From: the human T2T-CHM13v2.0 reference genome, Homo sapiens
Direction: 5' to 3' (one strand)
Length of the DNA: 64,000 nt
Assembly: GCF_009914755.1 (NCBI RefSeq)
Contig: NC_060935.1
Below the pieces are notes generated by a model, which did not search any database, was not told the DNA's origin, and worked only from the letters and a program-made list of their open reading frames with translations. Position 1 is the first letter of the stretch. Each line of letters starts with the position of its first letter. The position numbers and the translations under genes are program-made. This document shows, piece by piece, positions 22,570 to 34,290 of the stretch.

Positions 22570-23055
22570 AAGAGAAAACCTAGCAGGTTGGCTCCTGCAA
22601 TACTCCAAGAATAAAGCCACAGGGACTTCAATTTGAGTAGTGACAGTGCAAAAAGGAAAGGAAGAAAAAGATCTGAGAAATGACAAAGGACGCACGGGAC
22701 TTGATGACTAATTTTGGGATGGGAGGATGGAAAAGGAGAGTGAGGAGTCAGAACTGAATCATAGTGTTAAGCCTGAGTGACTAGAAGGTTGATGAAACAA
22801 TAGACAGAAATAGGAGATCCGAGAGGGGGAGTGAGTTTTGGAGGGAGGTGTTATGCTCAGTTTTAGCCATTTAGAGATGAAGTCGTCAGTTACAGATGCA
22901 AAATTGGAGGTCTCGATGGAGGGCAGGGCTGTAGAGATCATCCCTGGAGAAGAGGCAGTTAAGGCTTTAACAGTAGATATGATCCCCAAGTGAGAGAATG
23001 AAGGGACAGGAATGAGCCCCAAGGATGGAACTTTGGGACTGAGCCAATGTTTATT
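22570..23055 (-). mobile_element. L2 fragment
   Basis: Purine-rich L2 body: ctcagttttagccattt...gagggcagggctgtagagat. Confidence 0.65.
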
Positions 23056-23059
23056 TATA

Positions 23060-23445
23060 GATGTTCTGGAAGAGAATAAATAGCCATGTAGATAAAGGAA
23101 CTGGTGGATGTAATCTACTCAGACTTTCAATAAGCCTTTTGGAAAGATTCCATTTCAAACACTATAAGAAATCAGGGCATGATGAGTACAGGAGGAAAGT
23201 GGTTTTGTCAGGAGCAAGGAATGGGCTCAGAAACAGAAATAAAGGATAAGGATAAATGGATGGCCACTCCTCCAGGGAGATAAGTATAAAGGATCAGTGC
23301 TAGGTCTTTACCTATGATCTTGATAAGGGCATTTCCAATAAAAGCTCCATGTTTGCAGTTGACATTAAATTATTTCCAGGAGTAAAGTACCAAGCCGAAG
23401 AGATTAGACTACAGGGAAACCTTAGAAATCTGTGTGGATTGGCAA
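23060..23445 (+). mobile_element. CR1-clade LINE (L3/CR1_Mam-like) reverse-transcriptase fossil
   Basis: Frameshifted colinear motifs HVDKG, VDVIYSDFQ*AF, GSVLG (23291), SMFAVDIKLF (23346), LQGNL match CR1 RT motifs VD.G, VD.IYLDF.KAF, GSVLGP, KFADDTKL, LQ.DL. Confidence 0.85.
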
Positions 23446-23844
23446 AACCCAACAGTCTTGCTGGGTTCTCAACTCCTTCAGTCTCCCTCTCCCTATAACC
23501 GAGGCCTGAACCGTCATCTCAGTCCTGCTTTTAGGACCAATTACGTCTGTAATCTGAGGAGATTTAAGGAGTTCTAGTTCAACCTCCCGGGCCTCAGTAT
23601 CAAGTCAGCCCTCTTTGTGAGATCCAATGGCCATCCTGGGCCCCAACTCTGGTATCTGTGTTAGCAATTGCTTATTAAGCAGCCTGGTGTGTTGGGTGCC
23701 ACATAAGTGCTAGTATAGTCTCAGTACTCAAGGAGTTCACAGTTGAGAGTCCTTGCCTTTATTAGCTTCTGGAACAAAATTCCTCACAGGGCAAGGAAAC
23801 TACCTTGCTCTTTCTAGTTGTAGAGATAGTTAGTGCTTATATAT

Positions 23845-23848
<4 letters not shown>

Positions 23849-23940
<92 letters not shown>
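23849..23940. repeat. (CA)20(TA)26 compound microsatellite
   Basis: Counted directly: CA 23849-23888, TA 23889-23940. Confidence 0.98.
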
Positions 23941-23941
<1 letters not shown>

Positions 23942-24109
23942 GGATGCTCCTTTACATCTGCCAGCCTCTCTCTTGATGAGTTGGGGCCTCGTTATTAGCT
24001 TTCACAAATACACTGTGAGCTGAAGGAAAGGTTTTCTCTTCTGAGTCAAGACCGTTAAGAATGTGCGCCATCTCCTAATTCCTCTGCAAGCTTCGAAAAG
24101 GGTCGTCCC

Positions 24110-24215
24110 ACCTTCACTGGACTCCCTGATAGAGAAATAAACCTTCATTGTGTTTAAGCTACTGAGTATGGGAGCTTTTGACTGTCCCATAGCCAAGCCC
24201 AGTCTTTCTATGCCA
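24110..24215 (+). mobile_element. MLT1 LTR 3' fragment
   Basis: ggactccctgatagagaaataaaccttcattgtgtttaagctactgag. Confidence 0.6.
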
Positions 24216-24423
24216 ACTAACACACTATTCTTCCCCAGGAGCTGCAGTCCTGTCCCAAAAGTCCTGCTTACTGATTGGGCCACTGCCACCTGAAGTTGTC
24301 TTCAAATATCACCTTTTCTGAGGGCTACCATCTCTCTCGCTTCTATTTAGGAAATCCTCTCAAGGTCTTCTGGATTTATTGGCTGTGCAGGCTTCCCTAA
24401 ACTGGATACTGGATCCCACCAAG

Positions 24424-24628
24424 CAGCCTTGTCCAATGGAAATTTCTGCAATGATGGAAAAAACCTATATCTGCACTATATAATATAGTAGCCACATGTG
24501 GTTATTGAGGATTTGAAAAGTGGCCAGTGGAAATGAAAAATTGAATGTCTAATTTAACTTAATTTTAATTAGCTTAAATTTAAGTAGCCACTTGTGTCTA
24601 CCATGGACCTACCTGTGGGTAGCACAGC
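24424..24628. mobile_element. MER3 hAT-Charlie MITE
   Basis: tgtccaatggaaatttctgcaatgatggaaa...gtagccacatgtggttattgag...ttaaatttaagtagccac. Confidence 0.85.
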
Positions 24629-24968
24629 AAAAGTATCCCCAGAGCAGTGCCCACCGCAGGGCTCCACTGTGCTTTCCCTTAATGTGCTCTGACACATTCT
24701 TGCTGATGGCTAATGCTTCCAAGTGCAACCAACTCATGAGAGTGGTTAAAAAAAAGTGATGGGTCTGTTTTAAGATAGGCAATGTTTAGGAATCAAAATT
24801 CTAGACATTTAAATAAATGGAAGGATTTGGAGCCAATCCCGCGAAGCAACTTATATTCATCGAAGATTATTTCTGAGCTCAATGTCTGCTTGCTATAGCC
24901 TGAAGGATTAGCAAAATAGCGGGTACCTGAAACCATACAAAGAATTAGTGTTCCCTTAAACTTAAAAA

Positions 24969-25066
24969 TTGTGTGATAATTCAGATTTTTTTTTCTTTTT
25001 AAGGGAGAAAACACAAGTTATGTGATAATTCAGATTTTTTTTTCTTTTTAAGGGAGAAAACACAAG
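24969..25066. repeat. 2 x 49-bp tandem duplication (1 mismatch)
   Basis: tgtgataattcagatttttttttctttttaagggagaaaacacaag at 24972-25017 and 25021-25066. Confidence 0.97.
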
Positions 25067-25279
25067 GAAGGGGAGAAGTTCTACTAAAAAGAAACCTGGA
25101 GGGAGGAGGAAAAAACTGCCACTTGAGGAAAAACTTAAACATTTCAAAATTCCTACAACCTAAATCCATATAGAAAGAAAAAAAAACCCTAAATGAAGTT
25201 ACCATAATATTCCTTTACCAAATTCTGAAATAAGACACCGAAAGGAGCGAATAAAACTCTAGTGTGTGGTTTTCAGAGG

Positions 25280-25800
25280 TGGAAAGGAACCATGCTGGGG
25301 GACATGGACCCACACAAGCTAGTTTTTAAAGGGGCTTAATATACAGACACAGTCCATTTAATTGACATACAAAGATAGGGCACAAGGCTTTGCAAGAAAT
25401 CAAGGGACCAAAACTGGAATCTCAGGTGTTGAAACTGTTTTATCCCACAGGGCAGAATGTTCTCTTTCCCATTTGCTCTGCTCTGTCCTGCTCTCTGCTT
25501 TCAGACTTACTTTTTCTTTGTATACTACATGGTTTTCCCACAACATAGACTTATGTTTTCTGACCTTGGCTTTGACTTCCAACTCAATTCAATGCTTTTC
25601 ATGTTCCCTTCATCATCTGAGTCAGTGTCTCAGTATCCAAGTCCCACATTTCTGGGAAGAGACTCTGATTGACTCAACTGGAGTGAAGTGTCCCTTTCTG
25701 TTCCCATCAGTTTTGGTCAAGGTCAGCAGTGTCTCAAGGCACAGAGAGCTGCTCCAAAGAGTTATGGGTTGGCTGCTTCTCTAGGAAGAGTGTTCAGTGA
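25280..25800 (-). mobile_element. ERVL LTR, LTR33-like
   Basis: gagactctgattgactcaactggagtgaagtgtccctttctgttcccatcagttttggtcaagg resembles the LTR33 motif. Confidence 0.5.
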
Positions 25801-25927
25801 GAAGGTAATACATCTACCTTCCCCTTACTTTACACAGGAAGAAACCAAAGCCAAGGGAGTTTCAGTGGTTTACCTAAGGTCTTAATTCCTGTGACTTTTC
25901 CCACAAGATACTCTTTGATACTCGTGT

Positions 25928-26220
25928 AATAATAACAAGAATTATCACCTATTGAGAACTTACAATGTGCCATCTCTGCTTTTAGAGGTGCTTACAAATA
26001 TTATCACATAGGATACTCATATACATTTTAGGAGTATATATTTTAGGACTTAGGTATCCTTATTCTCATATACATTTTAGGAATTAGGTATCCTTATTCT
26101 CTCCCTTTTGCTTATAAGGAAACTGAAGTTCAATGAAGTAAAGTAATTAGACCAAAGTCAAATATCTAGTGTGTAGGAGAGCCAGGTTTCAACTATAATA
26201 TTTCTAAATCTTAACTACTA
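25928..26220 (-). mobile_element. MIR with internal nested duplications
   Basis: ataaggaaactgaagttc...aagtaattagaccaaagtca; duplicated attttagga.ttaggtatccttattctc at 26040 and 26074. Confidence 0.75.
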
Positions 26221-26739
26221 TGTGAGATTCCTTCCTACTTCACATAATGGGTAATAATTTATGGAATTTATCATCTCAGAAGATGATAGCAGAAAATATG
26301 AATGTGTTTGGATAACTGTTGAATTACAGAACAGCTAACAGACTAGGACTACCAAGGGGCTCCACATAAGGTGAAAGACCCTGTCCATCATCGATTTTCA
26401 ATGTTCAGCAAAGCACATATAAGGATAAAATGCATATTTCTTAATGGGGGGAAAAAGGAAGAAAGATGGTTACCAGGGAGGATAGCTACGCCTTCTAACA
26501 ATATGTTCCTTAAGTTGTCTGTTACCAGCAGATAGATTTCTAGGCTGGGGAAAACCTGTCTAGAAATGCTAAGTTTCCTTTTGGGGGAAACTCGATATGC
26601 AGTTGGGGAAATGGAAAAATAAGCAACTACCATCAAACACTGTGGAAGTGCAGTACTGGAGACGTGCTCCAGGTATTCAGAAAAGTTCATCCAGCCAATG
26701 GCATGGTGGGATGAGGCTTCACGCTCCAGGTAGGAGGAT

Positions 26740-28500
26740 CAGTGTGGGAAAAGGTGGAGGCACAGGCAGTGGCAGAGGGTATGTGGAAAGTGGAACAGGG
26801 GTGGCTGCAAGCAGTTCCATGTCACTGAGAATGACGGTTAGAGGAGGCCAGGGTGGGAGGTGTGTGTTAAGGGGTTGGCAGGGGGAGAACACACAGGGCC
26901 CTTTACAACATGTTAAACAGATTGGATTTTATCCAAGTGATTAAAGCAGGAGAATAACAGGGTTAGTTTCATGTTTTAAAAATAGATCTTCCTGCTCTGA
27001 GGAGGATTGATTTGAGGAGGAAAGACCTAGGGGTAGGGAGAACCTATTGGGAATCCAGGCAAGAAATGATGAGGGTCCAAACTGGGACAGAAGTTCCAGG
27101 GAGGAATGGAAGGAAGAATTTTGAGAAATTCTTAATAGGTACATTGGCAGGACTAGTAACTGATAACAAATAGAGGCAAGGGAAAGAGGTGAAAGGATGT
27201 GGGAGCTTCTGACTCAGAGCCTGCATAGATGGGAGAGCCAGTCACTGAGAGAGGAAAGCAAGGAGGGGCACGTTTGGGAGAGAAAATGTGAAGTCCTTAC
27301 TTGAAGTGTTGGGGAGCCTAGGAGGCTGGCAGGAGAAGATGTCTAGAAGGAAGTTCAGGAGAGAGGCTTGGCTCGAGGATGCTGATCTGGGGGTTACCTG
27401 TTAGAGTTTGAGCAGGTGAGATTACCATTCAAGAGCATATAAAGTGAGGACCCAGGACTGAACTTTAGAGAGGAGGCTGGGAAAAGGATCAAAAGGAGAC
27501 AGACGCAGAACAACCAAGGAATAAAAGGCTAATAAGCAAAGAGGTGCGAAGAGCAGAGTTTCACCAAGGCTAGAGAGACCAACCAGCCAAGTGCAGTAGA
27601 AAGACCCAGTGAGGTAAGAACTAAGTCATTCATTAAACTTGGCAATTAGCAAGTCATTGGTAATCATATTGACTCTAGTATCCATGAATTAGTGAATCAT
27701 GGGCAGGCTTCATTGGATTAAGAAGGTAGTGGAGGTCTTTAAAGTCAAAGGAAGGGAAGACTACCCTCACCCAGATTAACATTATGGCTATGACATCCAG
27801 ATGTCCAAGAGGAGCCAAGTAGAAAGTGGTTAGTTAGAAATGATAAATATAAAAGTACCAGTGGTTCTGCAGAGAGCACTTTCTCTAGAGCAGTGAAACA
27901 GAAATCAGATAACAAGTGGGAAAAGTTTGCTAGTGGTGAGGACATAGAGGCTTAGTGAGTTGACTGGTAATTTGAGATAGAAAAGCATAAGAAAGAATGA
28001 AAGACAAAGGAAAAGCAGGGTCAAGGCAGAGGTCTTTTGTTTGCATGTTTGAGTTTTTGTTTTGCTTTACCTTCCAGTAGGCATAACCTGAATATCTTGG
28101 CAGACATACAGGAAGGAAAAAGTGGAGACAGCAAATATTGCAGGGAGAGTGTCTGATGAAACCATCTCAGAAGCAACAAGAGAAGGAATGGTAAGCACAG
28201 CTAAGGATGTTTAGCCATGAAAGTTAGAAGAACTACTCTTTTTAGACAAGATAAAAGCATGAAAATAGAGATGGGAATGCATAAAAATGGAAGAGAAGAG
28301 CCTAGACATGGTGGCCTCAGCCTTCTTAGTAAAGAAGGAGGTGAAGTCACCTCTACTTTGGGGCAGGTATGTGAGCTTGGAGACTTGAAGTTGGCAATGA
28401 TGTCAAGAGGGATGTGTGAGGGAGCCCTCGCAAGGTGAGGCAAAGCATCTGCTAAGCCAGAGGGGAGACTCACTTGAAATTAGACTGCAGTTAGTAATAG
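26740..28500 (-). mobile_element. Long degraded L2
   Basis: ttggattttatccaagtga, aatccaggcaagaaatgatgaggg, ttggcaattagcaagtcattggtaa and other L2 landmarks in order. Confidence 0.7.
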
Positions 28501-29904
28501 CATCAAAGGCTACGGAAAAGTCAACTCAAACAAGCAAATAAGACTTAGCGATCAAGAGAGACTGATCAAAATTCCTACACAAGATTGCAGGTACAAACAA
28601 ATGGACAAAAAGTAAAAGGCCCATTTACAGATAACATGAAGAGCTTAATGCTGTCACAGACATTTGACCCTCTTCCTTCCCTGCCCCTCCACCAAAAAGC
28701 TCTATGTTGGTGATTGCACGTCATTTTAGGGAAGGGGTTGTGGGGATAAAGGGAGTCAAGGTTTCTGAACTTCAGACAACACAGATCAACTTTGGTAGTC
28801 ACTCTCTGCTCCAAAGCTGAAAATGGCTGCATTGGCGGCTTTAGCCTGCCTGCCCGCCCTAAAACTGCCAATTCAATTCATTAAACATTATTAGGCACCT
28901 TCAAGGTGTCAGCCCTAAGCTCATTAGGGATGGTGGGGAAAACACAACAAATGAGATGCTCTCCTTTGCTTTACGGTTTGGTGCAAGGACTTATAATCCA
29001 GTGCTCAGCCTCCTCCCAGAGGGGTCTCCGGAGCCCATTTTTAGTTACATCTACAGCCAGCCAATAAACACTAAACCTTCCCCAGACAGCATCAGGGACA
29101 TGGGAGGGGCTTTTCTTCCTCTAGAACTGCCTCATAAGACCAGCCCACATAATAATAGTCTTTCATTTTACTGACTGCTTAAAATATCAGAAGACACATC
29201 TATGAAGTGGATGAATCTGCTAATAATAAAGAAATACCCATGGCAGGCAGAGAGGCTGCCAAAAATAAATCAGTGAGTACAACCCACAGAGCTAGTTATG
29301 GTGAAGACTCTGAACCTCATAGCTATCTCTCTCTGGAAGCCTCTATGTGCCTCGTGTACAGGCAAATAGGTTTCCAAGTGTTCTTACCACACAAACCATC
29401 TATGTCATTAGTTTTTCTTGTTACCCCAAAGTTTCCACAATTATCTCACACAAGAGTGAATCAGATAGAAAAGAACATGCAGAAATATATGCATATTTGT
29501 CAGGATTGATAGTTAATTACCATGATAGCTTATGTTCAAAATGCTTACTGAAGAGTGAGTATTTCCATGCTAACTCTGGAGGACTGGCTGCATCTTGGCC
29601 CCAGGTTTGCCTTCTCTAGCACATCCAAATAATAGCTACAAGCCATTCATTCCACCTTCTCGGTCTAAATCCTGCCCTTCCTCCAGAACTCACCTGTACC
29701 ATGAAGTCTCCAATTACTTGAGTCTAGCTCACATCAATTCTGTCTGCCAACCTGGTGTAACATATATACAATTAGTATCTAATTGTGTGATGTTTTCTTT
29801 ATTTCATTTACCTGAATTTTAGGTCTCTAAACCAACTCAACTTCTGAAAGGCAAAAATTATTTCTTCCCCCCCCCCCCCATGGGTTATGACTTAATGCTT
29901 CTCT

Positions 29905-30600
29905 TTGTCACTCATTCACTTGAACATCAATTATTCTGGGTACTGGGATACAATGGTGAACCAAAAAAATCCTGCCCTCATGGAATTTAATGTGAGGGAA
30001 AGGCAAGGAAATAAACCATTCTTAATGAAATACATTAGGTATCAAGGTAAGGAAGTGCTGGGTGCTCTGGGAGCATTGATGACTGGCACCCAATCCAGTC
30101 TTAGTTTGTGTGGTCAACAGGGGGTAGTGATGGTGGGACCTCATGTAGGATGTGGTGTCTGGGCTGAGTCCTAGGAGGGGAATAGGAATCATCCAATGAC
30201 TGTGGTAGTGGGTGAGGGCAGGGGAGCCCCATGGGAAGGAGAATTTTTAGTGTTCAAAAATCCTCAAGTTGGTCCATTCTGGGAGACATATGTGATTTTG
30301 TGCAGGGAAAAAGTGAAAAGGAGAGGGACAGAAAAGGCTTTGAGGAGCTGACAGTCTGATCCGAGAGATGAGACAGACCAGAATACAAGAAACATGATAT
30401 GAGCAGACTGGACAGGCATCTAACCTAGTTTGAGGAGTGGAGGGTTAGGGAAGGTTTCTCCAGGAGATAATATCTCAGCTGAAACAGCAAGGTTGGGTAG
30501 TGTTTAACCAGGAAAGAAGACAAGGAAGGGCATTCCAGGCAGAGAGGGCTGCGCGGTCAAGATCCTGGAGAGTCTGTGAGCTGCAAGGGATATAGCATTA
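29905..30600 (-). mobile_element. L2 fragments
   Basis: ctcattcact...tactgggatacaatggtgaac...cctgccctcatggaattta; gggcattccaggcagag. Confidence 0.6.
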
Positions 30601-31065
30601 TCAGGATATTTTTTTCTTTTAGTCCCTCCTGATATATTTAAATCTTTGGCCTTTCTCTGGCTTTGTTAACCTCAGCTCCACAGCCAAACCACTTCAATGT
30701 CTTCCTACTGGAGAGAGGAAGAGAAACCAGGAGAATGGTAAATAAAGAAAAATCTCCCTGGGAGGTGTGTTGGACCCCGGGAGTTGGGAGGAATTCTAGT
30801 GAGGGGAGGTTACGCGTTGGCTACAGAATTTTGCTCTCAGAGCAATTAGCAATTAGCAGCAATTAACCCCTTTAAACCCTCACCTTTATACTATGAGCTT
30901 CTTGAGGGAAAGGGCCATGATTTTTATTTTTTATGCTCAGTGCCTAACATATCACCTTGTATTACGTTATATAGGCAGCTAATAAGTGTTGAATGATTGA
31001 CTGAACTCCTGGTTCCTATAAGATTCTGTCTCTTGCTGAGTATTAGCCAGGATGCCTCTTATCCG

Positions 31066-31100
31066 AACAACAACAATAACAACAACAACAGCAACAACAA
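31066..31100. repeat. (AAC)n, interrupted
   Basis: Seen directly. Confidence 0.9.
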
Positions 31101-31239
31101 AAACCTTAAGAGATCTATTCACCAAGTAATGCTTGCTTCTTTCAGTCTAACCAGGCTTCTTGGTAAGTCACAGGTGGGTACCAAATGATCAATCTTCTTT
31201 CTAATATGTTTTACCAACTCAGATTACCTGGGACAGGTA

Positions 31240-32900
31240 AAACACAGATAATGATTATTTATATGTCCTCATATTTTTTACTTTCACTAGTATCTATTGA
31301 TATTCCTTTTTTTCCCTTCTGGTAACTTGGAAGCGATATACTTTTAATTTTTAGTGATTAACTACCTTTTTTTTAACAAGCATGTTTATTTATACATTTT
31401 AAAACATATCTAAGTTATTTAATATTTCTACTCTCTTTCCAAACATGTCTAGGAGAGTAAAATATGTAACAACTTACTAAACACACTGCTTCTTGCATCT
31501 TGTTATTGTCATCTAGAGCAGTGCTGGACAAAGCACAATCCTCCAGCCAAATCTGGCTGACAGTCTGTTTTTGTAAATAAAGTTGTATTGAAACACAGCC
31601 ACATCTACTGATTTATGTATTGTCAATGGTTGCTTTCACTCTACAATGGCAGAGTTAAGCAGTTGTGACAGAAACTACATGACCAAAAGCCTAACATATT
31701 TATTGTCTGGCCCTCGACAGAAAGAAGTCACAGATTTTGGTCTATATATTTGATTTTACCCTTTTTCCGGTACAAAACAGAGTGTTTTGTTTTAAAATAG
31801 TTAATGGTTAATTAGATTAACTGCCATACTATTTTTTTCTGTGCTTACTATGTTTTCTAGTATTCTAGATCTTCTCTCTGGATTCTTCTCCTTTTTTCCT
31901 TAATAATTTCTGTATTATTACAGAAATAATGGTTGGTATATTCTTTTAGCTTTTGCTTAAAGAATGATAGTTTAGCTGGATATAAAATTTTAAGTTGATG
32001 GTCAATTTGCCTTAGCACTTTGAAGATATTATTCCATTGTTTTTCTTTCTCTGTAATTAGTAATGAGATAACTGTTGTTAGTTTAATTTTGTTCCTTGTT
32101 GAATAGAATCCTATTTTCCAATAGCCTTATTATTTTTCTTCATCTTTCATGTTCTATATTTAACTATAATTTAACTTAAATTGATAAGTGTGTGTTTATC
32201 TTTATTCTGTTGAGGTTAAAATTTAATTTTATCTAAGTGTGTGTTTATCTTTATTCTGCTCAGTACTCAAAATGCATTTTCAATTGGAGGATTCATGTCT
32301 TTCTTTAATTCTGAGGGGAATAAATCTCAGCTATTTTTTCTTCAAGTATTCCTTCTCTACCGTTTTCTCCATTCTTCATTTATAAGATTCTTAAGTTCTT
32401 TTTCATAGCCTTCCCTTCTTTTTCCACAGCCTTCCCTTCTTTATCCACTTCTGTCTATTTTATTTCATAACATTTGTTCATTTTTAATAAATGTTACTTC
32501 TTTTATCTGTGAAGATCCTAAGCATATTTCTTTTTAAAGCTTTGTTAGACAGATCCATGTAATTAGTTTAATTTGGAGTTAATTCATGTTCTGATTGCTT
32601 ATTTTGTTGGTTATTTTTCTTATTATTAGAATCATTCACATATTTTAAAATTTTACTTTCCAGGGATCATTTTTTAGTGGGAAGTTTCTGTTTTGTTTTG
32701 TGTCTTACTTTTCTCCTTTGCTATCTAGCAGTTTACTGTTTTCCCCAACTTTATCTCCTGGGACCCAAGTACAGAACCAGGGTTGAATAATAATATTGCT
32801 AGCTCTGTAGTGATACTGAGGATATTGCAGATCCAGACATGAAGTCAGTGGGTGGCATGATGCTGAGCCTGCTTACAAGGCTATGTCCATTTTCTTCCAG
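31240..32900 (-). mobile_element. Ancient L1 (L1ME/HAL1-like) fragment
   Basis: gatagtttagctggatataaaattttaagttga...agcactttgaagatattattccattgt; ggattcatgtctttctttaattctg. Confidence 0.65.
31520..31739. mobile_element. MER58A hAT-Charlie MITE
   Basis: tgtttttgtaaataaagttgtattgaaacacagccac...acaatggcagagttaagcagttgtgacaga. Confidence 0.9.
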
Positions 32901-32912
32901 CTCCTCAGTCCA

Positions 32913-33094
32913 CAGCTTCCTATTAAATGTGCTCCTAGAGCAGTAGCATCAGCTCCCTGGAAACTAGTTGGAAATGCAAATATTTATTCTGGACCTACTG
33001 AATCATACACTCTGGAGATAGGGTCCAGCAATTTGTATCTTAACAGAATCACCTCCTGGTGATTCTGATGCACGCTCAGATTTGATAGGCACTG
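32913..33094. mobile_element. MER5A
   Basis: agcatcagctccctggaaactagttggaaatgcaaat...acctactgaatca...gtgattctgatgcacgct. Confidence 0.85.
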
Positions 33095-33529
33095 CAACCA
33101 TCCCCCAAGCAACTAACCAGTGGTTGCTTTTTCAGCCTCTTTGCATTAAGGGGGACAATCACCCAAGTCAGCCCCATAATTCAAATAGTGAAACTCATCT
33201 GGTTCCCCATCTCATTAGTGTCAGCTTCCAGCCCCAGAATCAGCAACCTCCTTGTGTTTTCTTCTGGTTCTGGTCCACAGAAATGTTTATCTTGTTTCTG
33301 AGCCAACTGGCTTCTTGTTGGCTTCCTCTTTTCATATATTTGTAATTTCTGTAGTTAAGGTAAAAGGCGTATACTGAATCTTGAAGTGACAGAGACATCC
33401 TTAAAGAAGTCCACAAGCATAATCCACACTCATCTCTTGGGTTCTTTAGCCACAATATTACTATATTCATTGTATGCCATCTGATTGAATAACCAAAATA
33501 TTAACCACCTTCATATACCACATACATTT

Positions 33530-33710
33530 CACTATGCTTTGTGACCTAGGATAAGCAGCTTGACCCTTATGAACCTGAGCTAATTCATTTGTAAAAGGAC
33601 AACAATGATAACTACATGAAAGCTTTAATGTGAGCATTAAATCCAGTAATATATGTGAAATAACCTAGCATAGTGTCTGGCTCGTATATTGGTTCTCAAG
33701 GGTTGTTAAT
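33530..33710 (+). mobile_element. MIR
   Basis: tgtgacctaggataag...tgtaaaagg...ctagcatagtgtctggc. Confidence 0.65.
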
Positions 33711-34034
33711 CTCCTCCCTTTCTGAATCTAGAACTTGCATTAAGTTAAATTTAACATTGTTAAGATTTAGACAACCCAGTTTCCAGCTCACTTACCAATT
33801 TACTTCTTATCCAAACTCCTTTCATCACAATTCCAGTTCACCAGAACATGATGATATTCTAAAACAGAAATGTTAAGAGGCTCCTCCCCAGCTATAAATA
33901 GTGGGGGCCCATCCCCATCCCTCCAGTGGCTGAAGGATTGGGGTGGTTAGCAATACCACTCTACACAGCCTCAGAAGTGATGAATGCTAACAGCTGGGGT
34001 CTCGAAATAGAAATTGGCTCCATGTGAATCCCCC

Positions 34035-34290
34035 AGATTAGGCAAAGAATAGCAATAACAATAATAACAGTCATAATATGGATAATAATAATAAAGTTAA
34101 TGTGTGCCAGGCACTGTTCTAAGCACTTTTGTTATTTCATTTTTCACAAGAGCCTGTACAGTAGATACTATTATTATCCCCATTTTATAGATAAGGAAAT
34201 CTGTTAGAGAAAAGTTAAATCACTTGTCCAGGGTCACTCAGCTAATGAGTTACAGAGCTGAACTTGAATCAGGCAGTGTGACAAGGCAGT
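34035..34290 (-). mobile_element. MIR
   Basis: tgccaggcactgttctaagcacttt...tattattatccccattttatagataaggaaa. Confidence 0.85.
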
